From: Dendrobates tinctorius
Taxonomy: Eukaryota
Direction: 5' to 3'
DNA: 64,000 bases
NCBI RefSeq assembly: GCF_039654945.1
Contig: NW_027361696.1
Location: forward strand, 86,862,001 to 86,926,000
Shown here: positions 25,523-38,465 of the stretch, in pieces
Position numbering within the stretch: the first letter of the stretch is position 1
Layout of the letters: each line of letters opens with the position of its first letter
Notes under the pieces: model-generated
Databases searched by the model: none
What the model was told of the DNA's origin: nothing
The model's input: the letters and a program-made list of their open reading frames with translations, nothing else
Made by a program: the position numbers and the translations under genes

Positions 25523-26516
25523 CGGCTTGTTTGTTGGGAGAAAAAGATGATTGACATAATTCCTCTTCTTTAGTTTTTATTAACTTTTGCAAGGTTAGGA
25601 TTTTGTCCCTGTTAATCTTTTTCAGTCTGGAGGAAATGTGGATAAAAACTCCCCTCTATACCACCTTGCGAGCGTTCCAACAGGTAAATGGATTTAGGAG
25701 GTCGGAGTCGTTTTCACTAAAATAATTCTGTAAGGCTGTCAATTTCGGATTTGATGGAGGGATTTTGAAGCAAGGAGGAGTTGAATTTCCACATAGATTG
25801 GGGGAAAATTGGTAGCCCTATATTTAGCTCTGCAGTCACTGGAGCGTGATCTGAGATAGTTTTATTAAGTATGGAGATGGAGGAGAACCTTGGCAAGGAA
25901 AAACATCTGTGAGGATCAAGTCGATTCTAGAAGCTGACTGATGGCCAACAGAAAAATGAGTAAACTCTCTAGATGTGGAGTTTAAGCAGCGGAACGAATC
26001 GAATAGCTCATGATTAAAAATCCAGTTGTTCAATGACTGCGTTTTTTGTCTGGTGAGGGAGGTGGAATCTAATTTATTGTCTGGTACCATGTTGAAGTCA
26101 CCTAACAATAGCAGGCTTCCTTTTTGTAAAGTGGCCAATTTTTTCATCAGTTTGTTTAGGAAACTAATTTGTTTGGCGATGGGCACATAAGAATTGATTA
26201 TTGTGAAAATGTGGCTGTTCAAGTTGCAAATGAGGATATGGTAATGGCCTTTTTCATCTTTACCTTCAAAAAGAAGTTCAAAGGAGAGCGAATTACCAAT
26301 CATGGTTAAAACCCCAGCTTTTTTCCATGGGCCGCAAGACTCAAAAACAAATGGGAAATTTTTATGATTTATAGTAGGGTGGTTGTCTTTTTTTAACTTT
26401 GTTTCTTGGAGGCATACTACATCAGGATGTAACCCGTTAACCTCTTTACAAATAGAAAATCTTTTCCAAGGGCTATTTAGCCCCCTGACATTGTATGATA
26501 CGAATTTTATTTTCAT
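25523..26516 (-). pseudogene. L1 ORF2 APE endonuclease and linker
   Basis: SYNVRGLN, CLQETK, LLGDFN, SRIDLIL; frameshift near 25900. Confidence 0.93.
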
Positions 26517-26992
26517 CTTTTGAGAGTGGCCGGGACTGTATGAGGTGGAGCAGAGGAGAAGTAAGAACCAGAGTGCACCTACCTTTGCAGAATATACTCG
26601 GTCTGGTCAAGAGAACAATAAATATGTTACTTCTTATCAATAGAAAGTAGACAAATAATAAACCTGTTTGAAACAAAAACAACAAAAACACAAAAACAGT
26701 ACGAACAAAATTGTCCTCCAGAAGGAGCCTAGCCGGTAGGCTCTACTTTCTGTGTGGGGAAAGTTTGTGTGTTTGGATCCCATTGGATGCATCCTTTTGA
26801 AATATCAAGCAATCTTAATAAAACTGTTCCTAGAAGGAATATAATCTCATGTGATATATGAGACCTTTTAGTGGTAGAGAAAACCTGTGGGAAGAACAAT
26901 AAACAGTATAATGTACTGAACAAGAAATCAAGAAGTATAGAGAGGCGTTATGACAAGATGAGTAAATATGTAGACAAGGTCTCTCCGTTGAA

Positions 26993-28102
26993 TCATTCCT
27001 TCTCTGAAGAGGACCTGGGGTCTTGAGAAGTGGAGTTTCTGTCGCGGTTGGGTATCCTATAGTAAGACAGGAAGTCTCTTCCTTCCTTGGGCGAGAATAG
27101 AACGGTCGTCTTTCCTTTGTAAATTACCAAAAGTTTGAATGGGAAGCCCCACTTATAAGGAATATTATTTTCCCTCAAGGCAGAGGTGACTGGTTTAAAA
27201 GATTTTCTTCCTTCAATCATTTCCTTTGAAAGATCTGTAAATAACTGGAGGTGGGCGTAGGGTTCAGGAAATCCTCCTCGATCCTTAACTGATTTTTGAA
27301 TTTTTTCCTTAAACTTTAAGAAGTGTACCCATAGAATGGTATCTCTAGGTAGATCTTTGTCGATATTCTGTGGTCTGGGAAGCCTATGGATCCTATCTAT
27401 GATAAGATTTTGGTCTGTGAGTATCGGTAGCAAATTTTTGAAAAGTGTCTTAACGAAGTCCTCTAGTTTGTCCGGTGAAATACATTCTTGTATTCCTCTT
27501 ATTTTCAAGTTGTTCCATCTATTTCTGTCTTCCATGTCCACAACTTTAATTTTAAGTCTTTGAAGTTCGGTTTTGAGGTCATGAGTGTCTTTTGATAAAT
27601 CAACAGTATGTTCTTCCACTACAGTTAGCCTTTTTTTGTGGCTGTCTAATCTGCTGCTGAATTTGTCTAAAGTGGACTGTAAGAGTTTAGTTTGGTTTTC
27701 AAATGATTGATTCATGCTAGATGTAATTTTCTGGGTGAGGGTGTCCAAATAGGAGTGTATGGATTCAACGTCCAGTTTTTGGGTAGGAGAAGGGTTGGTG
27801 TTTTCCATCTTAAGTTTTGACCTTTCCGGTGAAAAGTTCAGTGGGTTGTCTCTAGACTCAGAACTTGAAACGTCGACTGACGATGCAAATTTTTCAGATT
27901 TTTTACCCAGATTTTTCCTTTTAGATAAGAGAGATGTGTCCATGACCTCTTTATGAGGAGCTCTGGCTTTAAATGGGTTGACAGGGTCAACTTGTTCTAT
28001 AAAGTGAGGGTCATAGGTAACCTGAAATTTTTGTGATCTTTGAGAAGACGTCGGAGACACTTTTGTTGATTTAGACACGGAAGTGGTCTTATTACTCACC
28101 AT
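26993..28102 (-). CDS. L1 ORF1p (coiled coil, RRM, CTD), open frame
   Basis: DMEDRNRWNNLKIRGIQE, IDRIHRL, FTDLS, YKWGFPFKL; lies upstream of ORF2. First ATG at 28102. Confidence 0.9.
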   Translation of the reverse strand: MVSNKTTSVSKSTKVSPTSSQRSQKFQVTYDPHFIEQVDPVNPFKARAPHKEVMDTSLLSKRKNLGKKSEKFASSVDVSSSESRDNPLNFSPERSKLKMENTNPSPTQKLDVESIHSYLDTLTQKITSSMNQSFENQTKLLQSTLDKFSSRLDSHKKRLTVVEEHTVDLSKDTHDLKTELQRLKIKVVDMEDRNRWNNLKIRGIQECISPDKLEDFVKTLFKNLLPILTDQNLIIDRIHRLPRPQNIDKDLPRDTILWVHFLKFKEKIQKSVKDRGGFPEPYAHLQLFTDLSKEMIEGRKSFKPVTSALRENNIPYKWGFPFKLLVIYKGKTTVLFSPKEGRDFLSYYRIPNRDRNSTSQDPRSSSEKE

Positions 28103-29146
28103 GCGACTTTGTACCACTCTAGTAAATGGAAAAAGTGAACTGAATATGCACTAAGGCTGATTCTTATAAGAGACCGCTAATAATATTGGACTGCTGAGTG
28201 CTGAGTGTTGAGCTAAGCACACTTCACTGAGTAAAGGTTTTTTTTTTCCCTTTCACTCTATATTAAAAGATAAAGATCTTTTGTGTCTTTTTGTGCTTTT
28301 TTCATAAAAAGGGTTGTGTGAAATGAAATAAGCAACTGGATCAGGTGAGACTTTTAATATCTAATGTTTCAAACAGTAAGATCCGTTTTTGAACTTTGCG
28401 CCAGTCTAGACGCGCTCCCTGTGACTTAATTGCAGCCGCAGAAGGCAGCTAGACTTCACACAGGGCTTAGTGACGTCAGACCCCGCTCATTTAATATGCA
28501 ACAGGGGAGCCAGCAGCTGATACACGGCGCCACTGAAGAAAGGCAGATCCCTCCGCCTCTGTCATCACCCCAGTGGAGCCGCACAGGAGCGGTGGGGAGC
28601 GGAGGTAACTAGAAGCAGGCAGGAGTCATTTAGAGGTCCAGCACTGGTGGGGGCACTTCTCGGATAAAGTCAGAGTACTTTTTAATATTAACCAGGGCAT
28701 CCAGACGACAATTAGGTATTAACTCGGGTCTATTTGATGTCCTTCCACCCTGCAACTATAGTGCAGCTAATGAGATGCGGATCCTTCCGCCTCCATTGTA
28801 GCGCCCACAGCTGTGCCCAGAAATAACGGTGAGTGCGGTTGAAATCAGGCACACCGGGATTTTTTAATAACCCGGTGCAGGTGGGGGGACCCTCCAGTTA
28901 AATTAAAAGAATTTTTTTTTTTACAGCAACAAGGTACGGCCACGGGGGCTGCATGTGCCCAGTCTTATGCAATTTTATTTTTGGGGTTTTGGGAGCGGGA
29001 AATCTTCTTGAACGATTTGATACCTGGAATGAACCGTATCCACAACTGGATGAGGTTCATTGATGACGTTTTGTTCATATGGGAGGAAACCAATTGAAAA
29101 TCTAGAGACCACCATGAGGTGCCTAAATGACAACTATTATAATATT

Positions 29147-29278
29147 AAATAAATAAAATAAATAAATAAATCTTTATTTTTATATAGCGCTAACATATTC
29201 CGCAGCGCTTTACAGATTGCACACTGTCCCCGGTGGGGCTCACAATCTATATTCCCTATCAGTATGTCTTTGGAGTGT

Positions 29279-29309
<31 letters not shown>

Positions 29310-29408
29310 ACGCAAACACGGGGAGAACATACAAACTCCTTGCAGATGTTGTCCTTGGTGGGATTCGAACCCAGGACTCCAGCTAACCACTGAGCCACCG
29401 TGCTGCCC
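29147..29408 (-). mobile_element. tRNA-derived SINE
   Basis: Minus strand GGGCAGCACGGTGGCTCAGTGG (A box), GGTTCGAATCCC (B box), (TTTA)n tail; flanking direct repeat AATATT; removal restores the PLE frame (LNDNYYNIHLT). Confidence 0.9.
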
Positions 29409-30449
29409 AATATTCATCTCACCTACAAATTTGGGCCTTCCATTGATTTTTTGGACCTTTCTATTTCAGCTTCAAAAGAGGGGGTGCTGTCTACTACTGT
29501 CTTTCGTAAAGAAACAGCCACCAATTCTTTACTCCATGCCAATTCTTTTCATCCTAAGTCGTTGATCCAAGGCATCCCGATTGGGCAATTCTTGTGGGTT
29601 AAATGCATATGTTCTGATAACCAACAATTTGAGAGACAATCTATGGATTTGATTCAGCATTTTGAGCCCCGTGGCTATAGTCACAGAAACATCCGGAAAG
29701 GGTATAATAGAGCCAAGAAGACTCCAAGGGATGTTTTGCTATGTCAGACACAGAAGGGGCACTTGGGTGACAAGAACGTGAGGTTTATAACCCCTTTTCA
29801 TGATCAGTGGAATGAATTTAGAGATGTCTTAAAGAAGCATTGGAGCGCTTTACTCACGGACCCGATTTTGGGTAAATTGCTTGATCCTTTTCCCTCTATG
29901 GTGGCTAAACGAGCGCGTAATTTGCGTGATCATCTGGTGCATAGACATTTTAAGTCAGATAGTAGAGGGTCAACGAGTGTCAACAAGGGCTTTTTTCCAT
30001 GTGGGCTATGTAAGGCCTGTGCCAATTTAGTAAGGAGTAACAGTTTTGTGAATCACGACGGTTCACGGGTTTTTGAAATTCGAAAACGTATCACCTGCTC
30101 CTCAAAGGGAGTAATATACCATGCTTCATGCCCATGTAAGAAGGTGTATACTGGGCTGACTTCCCGTGAACTCAAGATTTGTACAAGAGAGCACTTCCTG
30201 GACATTGAGAAGGCTAAGTCGGTTATTGATGACACTACGTTAAAAACGCTCCCAAGGCACTTTAAACAATTCCATGACTGTAAACCGCATGGGTTGAAAA
30301 TCAAGGGGATTGACATGATCACTCTTAGTTCTAGAGGTGGAGACTTAGGCAAGGAACTGGGTAAACTTGAATGCAAGTGGATCTATAGGCTGGGTACGCT
30401 CAGTCCTTTAGGTTTAAATGAAAATGCTGGTTTTGGGGCTTTTCTTTAA
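29409..30449 (+). pseudogene. Penelope-like RT thumb, linker and GIY-YIG endonuclease
   Basis: IDFLDL, FRKETATNSLLHANSFHP, PCGLCKAC, VIYHASCPCKKVYTGLTSR..REH, LECKWI, PLGLNE. Confidence 0.93.
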
Positions 30450-31186
30450 GGATTTGTTTCTGTAGTCGTCTATTGGTTTTTATTCAATTCTTGACTTTTT
30501 AGTTGTGTTCATTTGTATTTTTTAATCATTTGCTATTTTTGGTGTATTGTTTACTTATTGTTGTTTGTTTTCTTTTGCATATTCCTGGCATGGGTTTGGT
30601 GGAGTCTTTGGTCCCATTTGGATATTCCAGATTGAAGATAAAGTCCTGTTACAAGGTTAACTTGGAGGAAGGATGGCATTGGCAGTTCCTGGTGCTGAAT
30701 AATCCTGGAGTTGAAGGAAGAGCCACAATCCAATATATCTTATTCAATAGAGGACCATTTTGCCTTTTTGGATAGGGGAATGGATTTCATTCCATTGGGG
30801 ATGGAGAAATCATTGGGTGTACTAGTATGGGACCGTGATATATATATTTTTTGTTCATTATTACTTTTGGTCTGCTTGAGCTTGGTAGGAATTTTTGCAT
30901 CACATAACAATTTATTATTTTTTGTTTTTTGTATTTTTTATTTTTTGCTTTTTTCATGTGCTGTAAGGCATATTATCTTTAGCCTTTTATACTTTAATAT
31001 TTAATGTTGGATTTCTATTTGCTAGATTTGCACATATATGGGAAGTTATGAGATCCCCATTTAATGGGGTTTTTTTTATATATTTTATTTCATCTAACTC
31101 TTCCCATTATGGCACTGTTGCAGAAGGTTGTTTTATGGCACCTTGGATTTTTGAGGGTTTTAGTGGCAATCTTAAATATGCACGTA

Positions 31187-31690
31187 TTCACATGTGATCT
31201 AACACAAATAGTCTTATCCCTTGTTGTGGTGGATCATGTGTATGTAGGTTTTCTGTGTGTGACGGGGATATCTGGGCAATGGTTTTTTAAGCCGTCTTAC
31301 CATTGCAGTGGTAGCACTGCGCATGCACGAACTCTTGCGAGATCTTTGTGGCATATACATACACAAGCCTTATGTGACATAGCGCGCATGCGTGGATGTG
31401 TGAGGTACCTTGGTATCCAGATAACGGTATTATACGTTGACTTCACATGATCTAATACACAATTAGTTTTATCCCTTTTTGTGGCGTATCACGCATACAC
31501 AGATTTCTGTGTGTGCTGGTGGTATCCGGGCAACGTTTTTTTCAGCCGGCCTTTCATTGTAGTGGTGGTACTGCGCACGCGCGAACTCTCACGCGATTTT
31601 TGTGGCATACACATACATAAGCCTTTGTGACGTAGCATGCATGCGCAGACTTATGCGCACCCGGGGCATCCAGGCAACGGCATTATATGC
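31187..31690. repeat. Diverged tandem duplication (~255 bp x 2) in the PLE 3' region
   Basis: TTCACATG..ATCTAA..CA.A..AGT.TTATCCCTT at ~31187 and ~31442. Confidence 0.8.
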
Positions 31691-31905
31691 TGGCTGCACA
31701 TCCCATCACCGCATAATATTTCGCTGGGGGGTGTAGTGTAGCCACCATGTCTGTGCCTTGATAGCCTCTTTTGATAGGAGCGGAGCTCCGCCGGCGCATG
31801 CGCCATTGACGTTCACATAGGGGTCATTTATTTCCCTTGATTGAGACATTCTTACCCATTGACCAGGGCACATATTAAGGTGAGCTCATTTTCAATTTGG
31901 ACATG

Positions 31906-31940
31906 CCCCCGAGGAAGCAGGCGAAACGTGCGCATCGGGT
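31906..31940 (+). ncRNA. Degenerate minimal hammerhead motif in PLE pseudo-LTR
   Basis: CCC-CCGAGGA-AGCAGGC-GAAAC-GTGCGCATC-GGG; core CUGAnGA carries a U>C change; TATA-like CATATTAAG ~30 nt upstream. Confidence 0.45.
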
Positions 31941-32474
31941 CTGGGTGACACACACTCCTCTTCATTGTTTTCTACGCCGCAGGGATCCAGGTAATGTGTG
32001 CATGGCGCTTTTTTTCATATGTTAAAATGTTCATAGTATACTGACTCTGGGTGCACTTTCCCCTTTGGATACACTGTCAGCAGCCAAGATTTTGGCAGAG
32101 AACTATGTAACAGGGGGTGGCAATGTGAAGTGATTCCAGAGTATGTGGTTTCTTGCTGTGATATCCCGGAAGTGGTCTCATTGGGCTAGTGTTGTTACAC
32201 AGTAATGTGCAGCGGGGACATCTTGTTACAAGCAGGATCACAATTTGTGCAAAACTGAAATACTTTTTTAGCACCATGTCATATGCTAGGCGGCAATATT
32301 GATTGATTTTGAGGAGTCAATTGTGTCACTAATTCTTGTTCCTGTACTCTTTATTGTAATTATGCAATTAATTTTAACTATTAATAATGAAAACTTTTGA
32401 TACTTTTCAAATCATTTTTCATGCTCATATTTTGGTGGTGGCTCTGATTGGACCACATGTTAATTGATGTGTAA

Positions 32475-33660
32475 TTTTAATATTAACCAGGGCGTCCAGA
32501 CCGCAATTAGGTATTAACTCGGGTCTATTTGATGTCCTTCCGCCCTGCAACTATAGTGCAGCTAATGAGATGCGGAGAAGTAACGGTGAGTGCGGTTGAA
32601 ATCAGGCACACCGGGATTTTTTAATAACCCGGTGCAGGTGGGGGGACCCACCAGTTAAATTTAGCAATCTTTATTAGACTGTAAGTGGAGCTCCCCGCAA
32701 ATGTATGTATCACTTAGGGACTATTTTGTGTCCTTCGGCCCCATGGCTCTGTTATGCCAGGAGTACAGCGCTTAGGGGAGAGAGCGCTGGAGAGACGTAG
32801 ATCCCTCTGCGTGTGTAATAACTGCCACAGCGTCACCTGAAACTAAGACGTATAAGTAAAAGTGGCTACAAAAATATTTATAAGAGGTCCGGAATAGGTA
32901 AGGGGACTTGTCTGATAAATATAGTCTTTTTTAATATGCGGCAGGTGAACTTACCATAGAAATAGGCACAAATCACGGACTATTTTGTGTCCTTCCGCCT
33001 CGAAGATCTTTTATGCCAGGAAAATGGCGCTCACGAGAGAGGACAGTAAGAAGAAATAGATCCCTCCGCGACCGTTATTGCTCCTGCAGCCCCGCATAAA
33101 ACCGGGGAATATAAATAAATTAGGATACTCTGGGACATTCAATGGGTCCAAAACAGATAAGAGGAGCTTCCAGAAAAAAAAAATCTGTGTCTTTTTTTAT
33201 ATGGTAGGAGAAATCCTGTCAGGTTAGACACAAGGTGAGGACTATTTTGTATCCTTCCACCGACCAGCTGGTATGTGACGTAATTTTTATAAAAATATCT
33301 CCAGAAGTCAATAAAAATATTTAAAATACGTCAGATAGTTGTGTGGACATTTTTTTCTGATGAAAAGGACCACTGGTAGATGAGAGGGGAAGAAGGGAGA
33401 GAACTTTTCCACTCACCAAACAAGATGGTGTCACCTTGCAGTAAAATGGCGGAAGAAGGCCTCAGATTTCTTAACTGCTTTTTTTAAGTCCAAGATTCAA
33501 ATAAGGGGTGTCAACATGTTCCTCTGATTGACGAGAAAACAATCCTTCCGTGGGTTATTGGAAATAGCGATTTTTTTTTTTGCTTTTTTTGTCGCTTTAG
33601 GAGATGCCTCCTCAGAGATCCCGAGCTGTGCGTGTTACTCCATCGCCAGCTCAGGCCACC
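32475..33660 (-). promoter_or_regulatory. L1 5' UTR with diverged ~260-bp monomers and a YY1-type site
   Basis: GACTATTTTGT(G/A)TCCTTC at ~32720, 32978, 33240; AAAATGGCGG at 33443-33452; ends at the L1 TSD. Confidence 0.7.
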
Positions 33661-33831
33661 GTGTGGTATAATTTGTATGTACATTTATGTGCCCTGATTC
33701 TTGTGTATTCAAATAAAGATTTTTGCATTTTTATATAAGCAGGGTTAAGATTTATTTGTGTGATCTACTATGTACACACTTGATTGACTCTGATCTTAGG
33801 GATGTAATCTCCCATGTGTTCTTTATTGCTA

Positions 33832-34650
33832 CTGATTAGCTGTCATCTGCCCCTAGCAGCTGCAGGTGGATTGCGACGTATCCGCAGCTGTTATATTCCG
33901 CTTTCAATCTCTGACAGCGGCATTTAACTCGCGCAAACCGGTTATATATATTTTTGTCTGCCCATCAGCACCCTTGTCACATGATCGTGGGGTGCCGATG
34001 AGTTGGCATAACAATGCACGGTGTGCAGGAGACCCTTGTGGTTGTCATTGCTGAACTGCTATGAGCGCTGCCTGGTGGTCGGTATTCATGACAGATGAGC
34101 ATTTTAGCTACACCTAGCATGGCTGCAGCCCTGCTATGTGTAACACAAGTGATCAGATGATCGCAGGTTCTACTCTCCCATGGAGACTATTAAAGCAATT
34201 AAAAACTAAAATATTAAAACAATTTAAAAATATAAAAGTTTTAATCACCCCCATTCGCCTCATTCAAAATAAAACACCCAAAAATGTAAATGCACATATT
34301 TGGTATTGCCGTGTTCAAAAACGCCCAATCTATCAAGATATAGAAAGAATTAATCTGATCGGTTAACGGCATGTTGAGAAAAAATCAAAACGTCACAATT
34401 ACGTTTTTTTTTTGGTCACTGAGACATTGCAATGAAATGCAATAACGGGTGATCAAAACATCGGTTCTACCCCAAAATGGTATCAATAAAAATGCCAGCA
34501 CAGAGTGCAAAAAATAAGCACTCACCCAGCCCCAGATTCCAAAAAATGGAGATACTACTGACCTTGGAAAACTGCACAATTTTTAATTTTTAATTTTCTT
34601 TTTACAAATTTTGGATTTTTTTTCACCACTTAAATGAAGAAGAAACCATA
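33832..34650 (+). mobile_element. Continuation of the piggyBac-type non-autonomous element
   Basis: Junction continuity with 8980-9083; no right terminus found. Confidence 0.5.
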
Positions 34651-35388
34651 TGTGACGCCTAGGAAAGGCGAGCCTCTTGGAGTGGACCCTCTGGGTCATG
34701 CCACTGAACCTTCCCTGGGTGAGCTACCCAGGTGAACCCGACCCCTATACAGGGATCGCTAGGGGCTGGCCCAGGGGATTCAGATACCCCGACAGCTGGT
34801 ACCAAGAGGGGTGGTTCGTAGTGAAGCTGTGGGAGAAAACCGAACAGAGACATAACTGAGATAGTGCCGAAGGGACAGCCGCAGGCAAGGACACAAGGAG
34901 ACTGGGACCAGGAAGGCTGAGCTGGAACAGAGGATCCAGGGGAACTGGAGGCCTGGGAGATGGCAGGAGAAGAAGGGAGAAGAACCGTTAGGCACCAGAA
35001 AATGGGACCAGGACTGAAGAGGGGCAGGGACTGCAGAGCTGGAACAGGAGTCGTGGAACCACCAGAGTGGGACAGGATCTAGGAACCCGGAGGCAAGGAA
35101 GACGAGACCTGGGACTGAGAAAGACACATTCAGGGAAGGGTTAACATCAATGACAGGCAGGTATGCACAGAAAGGGTACGCTAAAGTACACGATAATCAG
35201 GCACCTCCACTAAGGGAGGGCGGCCTGATATATCCGACAATAGCCCATTGGCCCAGCGGTGCTTCCGGGTCAGGCAATGCAATTGGTTAAAGGGCTAGCA
35301 AAGCATGCAGCCGTGGCCTAAGGCGCATGCGTGCAGGATGCAGATCCGCCACCGGCCATGAGGCCGACAGCGCGTGAGGGACACAACA
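34651..35388. mobile_element. Probable solo LTR
   Basis: TGTGAC...ACAACA termini; imperfect flanks CCATA / CCATC. Confidence 0.55.
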
Positions 35389-36369
35389 CCATCATTATAA
35401 AAATGTTTCTATTGGTCAATTGACACTACTGTTCCTGGTGTCTGCCCCTAGTTTTGGGAATTGTTTGTACTCCTAGCTCTGTCTCCTTCATGTGTCTTGC
35501 CTGTAGCAGTAGAGCTTTAACTACTTGGTTGGCGGGAGGGGATGGAGGAAGCAACCTTGAGTGTTACCTTGCCACCAACACAGCATGGACTTTCACCTCA
35601 TGGAAGCCCCAAACACATGAGCGTCTTCTTGCTGCACTATCTTCAACACAATGCCCATATTCTTATGGTTAGAAATGGTGCTGGCTAATGGGTTGCCAAT
35701 CTGTTAGATCCACAGTTCAAGAGTAAGTTAAGCCAGATGCTTCCGTACGGAAAGGGATGCACGCATGCTGGAGTCTCGAAACACACTTGTAGACATTATT
35801 AAATGTAGTTTTCCCCAAGGCAGCAGTCAGGCACACAGTATGCATCCAATTTTTAGATGTCCAACCCCGGGAAAGTCAAGGTGTCATTGCCAAAACATTG
35901 ACATAAGCAATCTCTGTGAGTACAAGTCTGACATATTTTGAAAGACTGGAGAGGATGGTACAGGAGTATCTGGAGCTCAATATCAATGCCATCAGGGTGA
36001 GTTTGTAACCTTTTACACTTTGGTCTTCAAAAAGGAAAGAGTTTCCAGAGCTTGCCTGTCACACATTGGAGGTTTTGTCATGCCTGACAGCCAGCATTCT
36101 CTCAGAATGTGTCTTCAGCACTGCTTGTGGTGTCCTGACAGATATGCGCATCCAGCTGTTCCCTGAAAGTGTATTCCACCTAACTTTCATCAAAATTAAC
36201 AAGTCATGGATCTCTGATGACTTTTGCACCCCAGTCGTGGTTTGGGCAGACTAGTTGATGGTGTTGTTTTTAGTGGCATGTATTGATCTCATGTTATTGC
36301 AGTCTGTGCCATCTTTGTTGTGTTTTCTTTGCCTGCTGTTGCTACTACTGCTGATGTTACAACAATTTT

Positions 36370-36710
36370 TTGAAAAGTGGAGACTCAAAATTGGGTCTCC
36401 ATCTGGTGGGTTGCCAGTAGTAGGTGTGTCAGATGCCTATTATACTATTTCTATTCTGTGGAAATTGATGTCACTTAGTGGTGTGTGACAATTATTTTTT
36501 TTAAATGTGGAGACTCCAAATTGGGTCTCCATCTAGTGGGTTGCCTGTATTAGAAGGTGTGTCAGAGGCCTGCTATACTGTTTCTACTCTGAAGAAATTG
36601 ATGTCACTTTAGTGGTGTGTGACAATTATTTTTTTTAAATGTGAAGACTCCAAGTTGAGTCTACATCTGGTGGGTTGCCTGTAGTAGAAGGTGTGTCAGA
36701 GGCCAATTAT
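36370..36710. repeat. ~130-134 bp hAT subterminal array (resumes 37779-37891 and 41867-41990)
   Basis: GTG(G/A)AGACTC at 36377, 36507, 36641; further copies after each nested insert. Confidence 0.85.
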
Positions 36711-36714
36711 TCGG

Positions 36715-37776
36715 TTTGTGCTCATATATTTATAACATTTACTAACGATCTGGTGGAATCTTTACACAGTAAAATTTCAATATTTGCATATGTTACAAAA
36801 CTGTGTAAAGCAGTGAATACAAGAGAAGATAGTATTCTGCTACAGATGGATGTGGATAAGTTGGAAACTTGGGCCGAAAGGTGTAAGATGTGGTTTAACA
36901 ATGATAAATGTAATTTTATACACATGGGAAGAAGGAATCAATATCACCATTACACACTGAACGGGAAACCACTGGGTAAACCTGACAGGGAGAAGGACTT
37001 TTGGATCCTAGTTAATGATAAACTTACCTGGAGCAGCCAGTGCCAGGCAGCAGCTGCCAAGGCAAACAGGATCATGGGGTGCATTAAAAGAGGTCTGGAT
37101 GCACATGATGAGAGTATTATACTTCCTCTGTACAAATCCATGGTTAGAACGTACATAGAATACTGTGTACAGTTTTGGGCATCGGTGCTCCGGAAGGATA
37201 CAGTGGAACTAGAGCTAGTACAAAGAAGGGCGACAAAATTAATAAAGGGGATGGGGGAACTACAATACCCAGAGAGATTAGCAAAATTAGAATTATTTAG
37301 TCTAGAATAAAGACGACTGAGTGGTGAGGGTGACTACAATACCCAGAGAGATTAGCAAAATTAGGATTATTTAGTCTAGAAAAAAGACGACTGAGGGGTG
37401 ATCTAATAACCATGTATAAGTATAAAAGGGGACAATACAAATATCTCTCTGAGGATTTGTTTATACCAAGGAATGTGATTGTCACAAGGGGGCATTCTCT
37501 GCATCTGGAGGAGAGAAGGTTTTTCCACCAACATGGAAGAGGATTCTTTACTGTTAGGGCAGTGAGAATCTGGTATTCCTTGCCTGAGGAGGTGGTGATG
37601 GCAAACTCAGTCGAGGGTTTCAAGAGAGGCCTGGATGTCTTACTGGAGCGTAACAATATTGTATCTTACAGATATTAGGTTCTTTAGAAGGATGTGCATC
37701 TAAGGATTTATTCTGATGGAATGTAGACTTAACTCGATGGACAAATGTCTTTTTTTGGCCATGCTAACTATGTTAC
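36715..37776 (+). mobile_element. CR1 3' fragment (RT C-terminus and 3' UTR)
   Basis: QCQAAAAKANRIMGCI, EYCVQFW, TRGHSL, tail CATGCTAACTATGTTAC; internal ~70-bp duplication at 37259-37400. Confidence 0.92.
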
Positions 37777-38465
37777 TCTGTGGAAATTGATGCCACTTTA
37801 GTGGTGGTGTGGCAATTATTTTTTGAACTGTGGAGACTCCAAGTTGAATCTCTATCTGGTGGGTTGCCTGTAGTAGAAGGTGTGTCAGATGCAGGCCCGG
37901 ATTGGCCACTTACCCAACCTGGCATTTTCCCGGTGGGCTGCCATTTTCATGCACTTATGGGCCGCTGGCTGGGCGCCTGCTCCTCTGGCCGCTTGCCAGA
38001 TAATGCGGTGGCGGGTCGGCCTCTTTTTTCCTGCCACCGGCCCTTTAAATTTGCTGGCAAGGCGGCAGGCAGCGATGCGGCACCCTAGGGGGTTAAGAAC
38101 GTCGTCGGATGTTCTTTGAGGACGGAGCCGGAGACTGCTGGTCGGGGTGAAACAGCAGTTGCCGCACAAAGCTGCGACATGGAGAAAGGATCGTGCGCTC
38201 GGCTCACCTCACACCAGCAGTTTGTCTTCGAAAGCCCCGCGGAAGTATTCCTGCTGTTTCGCACTCCATCTTCTCCCCACCTGACAGTGAGTGTCCGTGA
38301 GGGCGGCATTATATGCTCTGCTACCAGCAGCATCTACAATTTAGCCTGAAGTGATGAGATCACAGGAGGGAAGGAGTCAGGGCCCCCGATCATGTGACCC
38401 CTGTCTCCTCCCCTCCTGTGACCTCATCACAGGTCCTGTGCACAGAGCACTGAGAGCAGCCATGT

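Larger units (their letters stand above)
28904..32474 (+). mobile_element. Penelope-like element, 5'-truncated, inserted in the L1 5' UTR
   Basis: LQQQGTATG and WMRFIDDVLFIW (RT), GIY-YIG domain, long T-rich 3' region with TATA-like and hammerhead-like motifs. Confidence 0.9.

Noticed and set aside
29340-29408. tRNA gene (also 5773-5900)
   Set aside because: A and B boxes belong to SINE heads with a body and simple-repeat tail; no complete cloverleaf.
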